Source: a bacterium (lineage in GTDB: Bacteria > UBP6 > JAFGXH01). Taken from it: 64,000 nt of DNA. Positions 57,077 to 64,000 of this stretch are shown one piece after another; positions within the stretch are counted from its first letter, which is position 1, and each line of letters opens with the position of its first letter. Position numbers and translations under genes: made by a program. The stretch covers positions 2,259 through 66,258 of the forward strand of contig JAMOQH010000141.1 in assembly GCA_027064085.1 (NCBI GenBank), given 5' to 3'. The notes beneath the pieces were generated by a model. That model made no database searches, was not told the origin of the DNA, and saw only the letters and a program-made list of their open reading frames with translations.

Positions 57077-57961
57077 TTAAATATTATTTTTCAATAAAAC
57101 ATCATACTCTTTTAACTTCTTATTTAGCTTCTTTATATCATAAATAACATCATCTGCCAAATTTAATAAATTCCTATCAAGACTCTTGCTTGTGTCCATA
57201 TTATCAAGAGTTTCATTTAAGGCATTTAAAATATCAGAATTTGATTTATTATGTATTTTTGAAATCTTTAAAATTTCATTTGCATTTTCTTTTAAATTCA
57301 CCACCTGCTTTTCAATATTTACAGTTATATTTTTTGAGATGTTATTTGTTTGTAAAATCAGCTTATTAATATCATTTTCTTTGATATTTTTTTCTATTTT
57401 TTTTAATTCTTCTATATTTTTTTTAATTTTTGATAAATTTTCATTTTCTTTTTTTAGTCTTTTCTCCACACTGATTAATTCTTCATTTTGCTTTAAAACA
57501 GTGTTATACTTTTCAATAACATCATCAATATTTTTTTTCTTTTCAGAAATCAAAGAAATAAAATTATCATCACTTTTATCTATTTGTGGTAATATTTTTG
57601 TAAAAAAATCAGAAATTCTTTTAGCAGAATCATATTCAAGAGTAATAACTAAGTCTTCAATATCATCAACAGAATCAAAATCAACTTTGCAGGCAAGCTC
57701 TTCTATAAAAGTTACAAGTTTAACATAATTTTCAAATTTATCATTAGAAGTTTTTGCTTTTTTTAATTTATCCGTTAAATTTTCAATATTTTTTATATCA
57801 GTATTTGATAAATTGCCAACAAGTATTTTTTTTTTAACACAACTGTTAGTACTTGAAGTATCCTTTCCCCTAACTTTAACATCTTTCACAACTTCTTTAC
57901 TACAATTAGGACATTTATTTCCCAAATAAACAGGACTATGCCCACAATTTTTACATTTCAT
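57077..57961 (-). CDS. Zinc-ribbon protein with a long coiled-coil body (last gene of the Hsp70-like/AAA+ operon)
   Basis: MKCKNCGH...NKCPNC at the N-terminus. The rest is Lys/Glu/Asn-rich and heptad-like. AAGGGA RBS. Confidence 0.6.
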   Translation of the reverse strand: MKCKNCGHSPVYLGNKCPNCSKEVVKDVKVRGKDTSSTNSCVKKKILVGNLSNTDIKNIENLTDKLKKAKTSNDKFENYVKLVTFIEELACKVDFDSVDDIEDLVITLEYDSAKRISDFFTKILPQIDKSDDNFISLISEKKKNIDDVIEKYNTVLKQNEELISVEKRLKKENENLSKIKKNIEELKKIEKNIKENDINKLILQTNNISKNITVNIEKQVVNLKENANEILKISKIHNKSNSDILNALNETLDNMDTSKSLDRNLLNLADDVIYDIKKLNKKLKEYDVLLKNNI

Positions 57962-57976
57962 TGTTTTCCCTTATTA

Positions 57977-58477
57977 TTATTTTTTAAACCATGAGTTAGG
58001 AAGTCTGACTTTATTTACCTTATCATCATAAAAAGAAAGTCCTACATAATCCTCCTCACCTCCATAATACCAATAATAATCCGTAATTTGATCAGGTTTA
58101 CCTAATTCCATTAAAACCGCAGCCTTACCGTAACCTTTAAAACTCTTCCAAAATTTCATTTTCTCTATTAAATCTGTTGGCACTTCAACAAGTTTTTTAG
58201 AAGAATCAGAAAATTTCTTGGCTTGTTTTGGGTTACTTAATATCTCTTCTAAATCATTTACCCTATTTTGTAATTTTTTAATATCCTCATAAATAGGGGA
58301 CAAATCAACTTTACTTTTTTCTTCATTCCCTTTTGCAAGAGATACTGATTTATCATCTATGAGCATATCCTGATTTTTCTCTGGTTTAACAAAGTAAGCC
58401 TTAAAACTATTACCACATTCAAAGCAAAAATTAGCCTTATCTTCACATTTAGTATTACATTTACTACATATTTTCAT
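57977..58477 (-). CDS. Zinc-ribbon protein with a C-terminal BamE/SmpA-OmlA-like small beta domain
   Basis: MKICSKCNTKCEDKANFCFECG. C-terminal LGKPDQITDYYWYYGGEEDYVGLSFYDDKVNKV follows the lGxPd...W.Y....l.v.F.dgkV pattern. The domain call is tentative. Confidence 0.55.
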   Translation of the reverse strand: MKICSKCNTKCEDKANFCFECGNSFKAYFVKPEKNQDMLIDDKSVSLAKGNEEKSKVDLSPIYEDIKKLQNRVNDLEEILSNPKQAKKFSDSSKKLVEVPTDLIEKMKFWKSFKGYGKAAVLMELGKPDQITDYYWYYGGEEDYVGLSFYDDKVNKVRLPNSWFKK

Positions 58478-58486
58478 ATTTCCCCC

Positions 58487-59011
58487 TTAAAATCCTTTAT
58501 AGATATCAAATCCAAGCATTATTATCAAAATAATTAATAAAAAAATCATCATATTGGTTTTTAAAGCCAAATCATCTTTTTTCTGAATTTCATTATCTTC
58601 AGTTTCTATTTCAATAATTTCTTTTTTTTCTTTATCTATTACCCCACCTTCAATTATTTCTTCTATAACTCTTGCTTCTTTATTATCAACAGGACTAACC
58701 CTTTTATCTAATTTATCCTTTAATAAAGCCACCTTATCCTTAAATTCGTCATCTTCGTCACTAATAGCAGGAAATACAGTTTGATAAAATTTTAACAACT
58801 TTAAAGAAGTATTGTTACATTCAACAACAATATCAATAATATCATCAAGTTCATCTTCTGTTTCTATATTAGAAATATTCTCTAAATTAATATCATCTAT
58901 TATAAATTTAGCAAGCTCTGCTGATAATTTATCCTTTTCTATAGAATTATCTTTCTCTTCATTCCATATTTTCCACAAACCATTAACTTGATGCTTTAAA
59001 CTTTCATTCAT
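58487..59011 (-). CDS. Acidic tail-anchored membrane protein
   Basis: Single C-terminal TM segment (MMIFLLIILIIMLGFDIY). I prefer the start at 59011 (MNESLK) because its 25-nt initiation region is identical to that of the upstream gene; the track ORF starts at TTG 59053. Confidence 0.5.
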   Translation of the reverse strand: MNESLKHQVNGLWKIWNEEKDNSIEKDKLSAELAKFIIDDINLENISNIETEDELDDIIDIVVECNNTSLKLLKFYQTVFPAISDEDDEFKDKVALLKDKLDKRVSPVDNKEARVIEEIIEGGVIDKEKKEIIEIETEDNEIQKKDDLALKTNMMIFLLIILIIMLGFDIYKGF

Positions 59012-59345
59012 TTTACATGCTCCATTTTCAATATTTATCAATTTCATCTTCAAGTATTTTTACCCTTAATAATATTTTAGAAATCTCCTCTCTTAAGTAA
59101 AATGTCTCTGATTTTAATTTTGAAACTTCTTCATTTAATTTATGATTCGCATAAATACTATTAATTTCAATTGTTTTCTTCTCATTTTCAGATTCAACTA
59201 ATTTATACTCTAATTGCATTACCTTATACTCTAATTTCATTACAGATTTAAAATCATAATCATCAATATTCCTTGAACTTATATACTCATCTTCTGGCTC
59301 AACAAAAAATAATTTACTATTTTCATTCATTTTACATGCTCCATT
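59002..59345. repeat. 25-nt perfect direct repeat (59002-59026 and 59321-59345) at two consecutive gene junctions
   Basis: tttcattcattttacatgctccatt on the plus strand. On the coding strand this reads aatGGAGcatgtaaaATGaatgaaa, i.e. RBS plus ATG AAT GAA. Confidence 0.9.
59028..59330 (-). CDS. Small coiled-coil protein
   Basis: 100 aa. Heptad-like MKLEYKVMQLEYKLVESENE...LREEISKILLRVKILEDEIDKY. ATGA overlap with the Hsp70-like gene. Confidence 0.5.
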   Translation of the reverse strand: MNENSKLFFVEPEDEYISSRNIDDYDFKSVMKLEYKVMQLEYKLVESENEKKTIEINSIYANHKLNEEVSKLKSETFYLREEISKILLRVKILEDEIDKY

Positions 59346-60889
59346 AAATCACCTAAATTTATTTTATTTTCTTTTCCTTCATTTTTATCTTTAATGTGAA
59401 TATAATAACATCTATTTTCATCCATAGAAAATGCTATTTGCCATTTATTTCCCCATACAGGATTGGGTAAATACTTACTTAAAGGAGATAATTCAAAAGG
59501 AATATGACCATTTTCAGAATCAATAAAAAGCTTCATTGACCTCTTAAAGGCATCCCTATTAGGCAAACCGATATACTCTTCCTTATAATTTGCAATTTTA
59601 GAATCTTTTAAAGAAATACCTTTATTTAAAGAAATAAAATCAACTTTATTTTTATTTTCATCATAAGTTGTAATTCCAATACTCAAAGGTACAACAGTAT
59701 CCAGCGATATTAATCCAGCTGATAAAATAGCAGCCCCTTTCGCTATTGCAAGGTTTTTATCACTGTCAATAAAAGTAGAATCAAATCTAAAATCAGTTGA
59801 TGCAACCGATGAAAAGAAATCCATAATAGTTTTTTCTACTAAATAGAAATTACAGAATCCACCAACAAGTAAAACCCTAAATTTATCAGGATTATTTACA
59901 TCAATATTATGACTAGAAAATGTTTTTGAGATTTCATCAAGTTTTTCTATTATGATATTTTTTATTTTATCATCAAAAACCTTACATAAATTACTAGGTT
60001 TACAAGGATTTCCACTTACAGTAAATAATTTTCTATTTCTAGATTGCTCTTTTAAATAACGAGGAATATTTTTATCCAAAGTAGTTTTTTGACTAATTTT
60101 TTTGTACTCAAAATCTATAATTGCCTCATAATATTCCTCACTTGAAGAGTGGACATAATTATTTTCTTCAAAAATATTTTGAACAACTGCATCATCATAG
60201 GCAACCCCTGCACTCCCTAATGATTCATGAGTTAATTTGCCTGCACCACTTGATTCAAGTATTTTTACTTCTGCTTTACTTAATTTTGATAAACTAATAT
60301 CAAGAGTTCCACCTCCAAAATCACAAACAAGTAAATGCCCTGTAAAATGAGTATTGTAATTTTTATGATATAAATATGAATAATAAGCAGACGCAGCAAC
60401 AGGCTCACTTACAAGTTTAACATTTTGTCCTATATTTTTCTTGCATATTTCTAGTAAAGTTTCACGCCCTTTATGATTTCCATCTTTAAGCCATATTTCA
60501 GGAACTGTAACAGTAAAACTCTTTATATCACTTTTAGAAAATTTTTGTGTTTTGCAATATTCATCAATAAGATATGAAATATATTTTTCAGCTATTTCTA
60601 CTGGTGTTTCTTTAGAATTTTCAGGCCAGTCAAACTCCTCTAAAATATCAGAATCAGTTTCCTGTAAAAGCATTTTAAACTTTGAATAAACATCATATTC
60701 AGTATTTCCTGTTTTACCTTTTGCATCATCTCCAATTGAGATATCACCATCTTCTTTAGAAACAGCAAAGTAAGAAGGAATATACTTTTCCATTGAGGCT
60801 AATTCAAAATTCATTATACTATCGGTATTTTCATCATAATATGCAATAATACTATTTGTAGTTCCAAAATCTAATCCTATATTTTTCAT
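59327..60889 (-). CDS. Hsp70-like (actin-fold) ATPase with a beta-sandwich substrate-binding-like domain but no helical lid
   Basis: Phosphate-1 GLDFGTTNS, phosphate-2 VCDFGGGTLDISL, adenosine motif VLLVGGFCNF. C-terminal VVPLSIGITT...WQIAFSMDENRCYYIHIKDKNEGKENKINL parallels the DnaK SBD-beta. The protein ends at 520 aa. Confidence 0.85.
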   Translation of the reverse strand: MKNIGLDFGTTNSIIAYYDENTDSIMNFELASMEKYIPSYFAVSKEDGDISIGDDAKGKTGNTEYDVYSKFKMLLQETDSDILEEFDWPENSKETPVEIAEKYISYLIDEYCKTQKFSKSDIKSFTVTVPEIWLKDGNHKGRETLLEICKKNIGQNVKLVSEPVAASAYYSYLYHKNYNTHFTGHLLVCDFGGGTLDISLSKLSKAEVKILESSGAGKLTHESLGSAGVAYDDAVVQNIFEENNYVHSSSEEYYEAIIDFEYKKISQKTTLDKNIPRYLKEQSRNRKLFTVSGNPCKPSNLCKVFDDKIKNIIIEKLDEISKTFSSHNIDVNNPDKFRVLLVGGFCNFYLVEKTIMDFFSSVASTDFRFDSTFIDSDKNLAIAKGAAILSAGLISLDTVVPLSIGITTYDENKNKVDFISLNKGISLKDSKIANYKEEYIGLPNRDAFKRSMKLFIDSENGHIPFELSPLSKYLPNPVWGNKWQIAFSMDENRCYYIHIKDKNEGKENKINLGDLMEHVK

Positions 60890-60900
60890 TATTCTCCCTT

Positions 60901-63531
60901 TTATAATCTTTCTGGAATATCCTCTGCTAATAATTTTACTAAATCATCTTTTGATAAATCCACATTTTCATTTTCTAAAATTCTTTCTCCCAAATTTTCT
61001 ACCATTAAATTAAAACAATTAATCGCATCACCTGCATTTCCAAAATTTTCTTTTTTTAATTTCTTTGTTTTTAAAAATAAATCAAGTAAAGCCTGCTTTA
61101 ATCTTTCATCAAGAATATATTCCTGCTTTTTTGCATAATTTTTTATAACAGTAAATAATTCATCAGAAGTAAAATCATCAAAGATTATTTTTCTTGAAAA
61201 TCTTCTGTCTAGCCCCGAATTATTATTTAAGAAATTATTCATTTCTTTTGAATAACCTGCACCTATAATTAACAAATTTCCATTATATTTAGTCATTGCA
61301 GGCACTAATACATTATTAATAACATCTTTTCCATAGCTTTCTCCTAAACTTCCCTCTGTTAAGCCATAAATTTCATCAATAAATAATATCCCACCCATAG
61401 CATCTTCTATTAATTTCTGGGCTTTAACTTCACTATCTCCAACAACATTAGCTATTAAATCTTTTGCACTAACATCAAGTAATTTATCAGATGGTAAAAC
61501 CCCTAGTCCATTTAGTAGTTTTCCCATTAACCTAGCCACAGTTGTTTTTCCAGTTCCAGGATTTCCAATAAATAGCATATGCAAATTTTGATTTTTTAAA
61601 ACTTTAAGTCCTTTCTTTTCACGAATTTTATTTAACTTAACTCCCTTTATTAATTTATTAATTTGATTTTTAACAGAATTTAACCCTGTCATAGAATTCA
61701 ACTCTTCTAAAACCTCTTCAAAGGAGCTTTTACTATTTATAGAAATGTATTTTCTCATAAAATTAGGAATATCATCTAAAATAAATTTATTTATATCTAT
61801 TTTTTCATTATTTTTACTATTTCTTATTCGTTTTCTTCGTTTATTATCCATCCCTTTATAAACATCTTCTTTTACAGCTCTTGCATTCCCAAAATCTTCA
61901 TCACTTTGATTTGCTGCATGCCATTTATTAATAATTAAAGGTAATTTTTTAGATAATTCATCAGTCATATTTTTTTTATTTTTTAAAATAGTATCTTTTA
62001 AAATCTCATACAACACATCAGAGTTAAAATTAGGAATTGTAATTATATTGTGTTCTGAAAACCTTGACTTAAAGCCTGGATTAGAATTAATAACCTCATC
62101 AATGTGCTTAGGATATCCTGCAAAAATTACAGAAAACTCACCTTTATGATTTTCCATAGCCTCAAGTATTGTTTCAAGAGCTTCCATTCCGAAATCATTT
62201 TCTCCACCCTGTAATAAACGATATGCTTCATCAACAAAAAGTATTCCTCCCATAGCCTGATTTATTAATTGTGAAGTTTTTATAGCAGTATGTCCAACAT
62301 AAGCAGCAACTAAATCTTCTCTAGAAGCTTTTACAAGATGCCCTAATTTTAATAAACCATTTTCTCGAAATATTTCACCAAGCAATCTAGCAATAGTTGT
62401 TTTACCTGTTCCAGGAGAGCCTTTTAAGGCAAGATGTAAGTTTATAGCTATTGTTTTCTTTTTATTTACCGAAACTCTATCAAGAAAAAAATGAGGAATT
62501 TTTATTATTTCAGCCTGTATATTATCAGCCCCCCCCCTTAATTCATTAATTTCATCAATAAAATCATCAATTTTATCTTTAATAACATTGATTCCACGCA
62601 TTTTAGATAATTTTTCTGCTGCTGATTCTTCATTGAGAGTTACACCTGAAAGCTCTGTAAAAGTTTTTTCAGAAAAGTCTTTTTTTTCATTTAATATTCT
62701 TGCAAATTCCTGTAAAGATATTTTATTAGAAACAGAATAAGATGTTATTTTAGGTAAATACTCATCAAACATAGCCCAATCTATTTTATAATCATACTTA
62801 ATTCTATAATAATTAATTGTATTTTTAATCTCATCAATAAGAGGATAACTTACAGGATAAACAGAATCAGATAAATGATTATTTAAATTAAACATTTTTG
62901 AATATAAAAACTGCCATTGCTGATTTCTTTGAAATATTAATTCAAATTGCTCTCCTTGTAAATCAGGTAAAATAAAAATACAAATATTATTATTTTCATG
63001 TCCAAAATTTAACCAACTAGTAAAATTTGCAGCCATCTGCCTTCTTGCATTAGCTTCAAAATTATTAAAAAAATCAAAAGCATCAGATAATATTACCGCA
63101 GTTTTAATTTCTTTTTGTTGCATTATTTCATCTAGTTTTGCAACAACATTTAAGTCATTCATTAATCCAAAAGAGTAAACTCCGTTTCTTGTATTTAAAT
63201 TATTTTTAGCTATAGTATCTTTTGATGCCTTTGCTAACAAAAGCCCTCTTTTTCCTAAAGGACCTTTAGGTATTAAACTATTTGTTTTTAATTTTTTTTC
63301 AAATTTCTTTTTAGAGTCTAAAATTATATCATAAGATGTCTTTTCATAAGTATATATTTTATTTTTGGGATTATATAAGGCAATTCTCTCATATCCTTTT
63401 GATTTTAATTGATAAAAAATTAATTCATCAAGTTTCCTAAATTTTAAATCATCAGAGCAGTATTCATCATGAGTATTTCCATATAAGAAAAAAAAACGCT
63501 CATGAATATTTTCAAAAAAAGATTTTCTCAT
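60901..63531 (-). CDS. 876-aa ATPase: degenerate AAA-like N-terminal region plus two CbbX/SpoVK-type AAA+ modules
   Basis: Module 1: GSPGTGKTTIARLLG, GGILFVDEAYRL, FAGYP...NPGFKSRF. Module 2: GNPGTGKTTVARLMG, GGILFIDEIYGL, GAGYS...NSGLDRRF. The N-terminal ~340 aa carries FFLYGNTHDEY and AVILSDAFDFF at Walker-like positions. Confidence 0.85.
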   Translation of the reverse strand: MRKSFFENIHERFFFLYGNTHDEYCSDDLKFRKLDELIFYQLKSKGYERIALYNPKNKIYTYEKTSYDIILDSKKKFEKKLKTNSLIPKGPLGKRGLLLAKASKDTIAKNNLNTRNGVYSFGLMNDLNVVAKLDEIMQQKEIKTAVILSDAFDFFNNFEANARRQMAANFTSWLNFGHENNNICIFILPDLQGEQFELIFQRNQQWQFLYSKMFNLNNHLSDSVYPVSYPLIDEIKNTINYYRIKYDYKIDWAMFDEYLPKITSYSVSNKISLQEFARILNEKKDFSEKTFTELSGVTLNEESAAEKLSKMRGINVIKDKIDDFIDEINELRGGADNIQAEIIKIPHFFLDRVSVNKKKTIAINLHLALKGSPGTGKTTIARLLGEIFRENGLLKLGHLVKASREDLVAAYVGHTAIKTSQLINQAMGGILFVDEAYRLLQGGENDFGMEALETILEAMENHKGEFSVIFAGYPKHIDEVINSNPGFKSRFSEHNIITIPNFNSDVLYEILKDTILKNKKNMTDELSKKLPLIINKWHAANQSDEDFGNARAVKEDVYKGMDNKRRKRIRNSKNNEKIDINKFILDDIPNFMRKYISINSKSSFEEVLEELNSMTGLNSVKNQINKLIKGVKLNKIREKKGLKVLKNQNLHMLFIGNPGTGKTTVARLMGKLLNGLGVLPSDKLLDVSAKDLIANVVGDSEVKAQKLIEDAMGGILFIDEIYGLTEGSLGESYGKDVINNVLVPAMTKYNGNLLIIGAGYSKEMNNFLNNNSGLDRRFSRKIIFDDFTSDELFTVIKNYAKKQEYILDERLKQALLDLFLKTKKLKKENFGNAGDAINCFNLMVENLGERILENENVDLSKDDLVKLLAEDIPERL

Positions 63532-63533
63532 CT

Positions 63534-63995
63534 TTATTTACTAAGCTTTGTTTTAAATTTTTCAAAATCAAGTTTTGTTTCATCTTGACATGATTTATCT
63601 TCTGTACCTGCCTTACAAACAGGAGTAGAACACTCAACACCTAAATACTGGGTTGTTTCGAGAATCTCCTTTAATCTTTCCTGTCTATAATTCTCATCAT
63701 TTCTACTTCTATCAAAAAATGAAACATTAATACTATTTCTAATACTATCCTCTGATTCCTCCGGAGAATATTTTATAACAATTTCATCATCTCCCATTCC
63801 AAACTTAATATGTAAGGGGTTTCTTAAATCCTCCTTTTCATAAATAGCTTCTTTTAGCACCCAGCCTTTTTGTTCAAATTTAGATGCAAGTACCTCTGCA
63901 AGATCTCCTCTTACCTGAGAAGAAAATACTGAATTTCTAGCTTTATTAACGGTCGTTTCAATTTTATTCTCATATTCATTTATTTCTTTAGCCAT
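63534..63995 (-). CDS. Hypothetical 153-aa protein, first visible gene of the operon
   Basis: Its stop lies 2 nt before the AAA+ gene start. No motif recognised. C-terminal CSTPVC....C cluster. The upstream region is cut by the window edge. Confidence 0.5.
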   Translation of the reverse strand: MAKEINEYENKIETTVNKARNSVFSSQVRGDLAEVLASKFEQKGWVLKEAIYEKEDLRNPLHIKFGMGDDEIVIKYSPEESEDSIRNSINVSFFDRSRNDENYRQERLKEILETTQYLGVECSTPVCKAGTEDKSCQDETKLDFEKFKTKLSK

Positions 63996-64000
63996 TATTT

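Noticed and set aside
57186-57728. 180-aa plus-strand ORF opposite the zinc-ribbon/coiled-coil gene
   Set aside because: Antisense of Lys/Glu/Asn-rich coiled-coil codons gives a Phe/Ser/Leu-rich artefact. The minus-strand frame has an RBS and a Zn-ribbon, and it fits the operon.
1-64000. Scanned intergenic regions for tRNA, rRNA, tmRNA-like GC-rich structured segments and for CRISPR arrays
   Set aside because: No cloverleaf-like or rRNA-like conserved stretches, and no spaced direct repeats, were seen. A tRNAscan/Infernal run would be needed to exclude small RNAs formally.

Overview
This is a strongly AT-rich, densely coding bacterial chromosomal window with about 60 genes, many overlapping by 1-8 nt. 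All calls come from reading the sequence and the ORF translations against remembered family motifs; no database search was run.

The content indicates a flagellated diderm. The Cys-rich and EGF-like secreted proteins, Hanks kinase, FHA protein, lamin-tail domains and superoxide reductase are reminiscent of delta-proteobacterial or Bdellovibrionota-like lineages, but that is a guess.

Recognisable housekeeping blocks:
- a translationally coupled hprK-rapZ-ptsH-ptsI regulatory PTS module, with glmS nearby
- flgL, then fliQ-fliR followed by hslV-hslU, then flhB-flhA
- a split class II ribonucleotide reductase (nrdJ plus an NrdJb-like gene) whose catalytic loop is interrupted by a 378-aa LAGLIDADG intein
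- two aminotransferases, efp, a superoxide reductase and hutH

Accessory or unusual content:
- a duplication-scarred lipoprotein/secreted-protein island next to flgL, with a 13-copy heptanucleotide repeat in its promoter region
- a porin / lamin-tail protein / anion permease / 2x CYTH operon
- an AAA-ATPase/PD-(D/E)XK gene bracketed by inverted repeats
- a Ser/Thr kinase to histidine kinase operon
- a secreted EGF-like/Endonuclease I fusion

The best candidate for an undescribed system lies at the right edge (57077-64000, minus strand). It is a tightly coupled operon of at least seven genes:
- a small unknown protein
- an 876-aa protein with two CbbX/SpoVK-type AAA+ modules behind a degenerate AAA-like N-terminal region
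- a lid-less Hsp70-like ATPase
- a small coiled-coil protein
- a tail-anchored membrane protein
- two zinc-ribbon proteins

No J-domain or GrpE partner is present in this operon. It may continue beyond the window edge.
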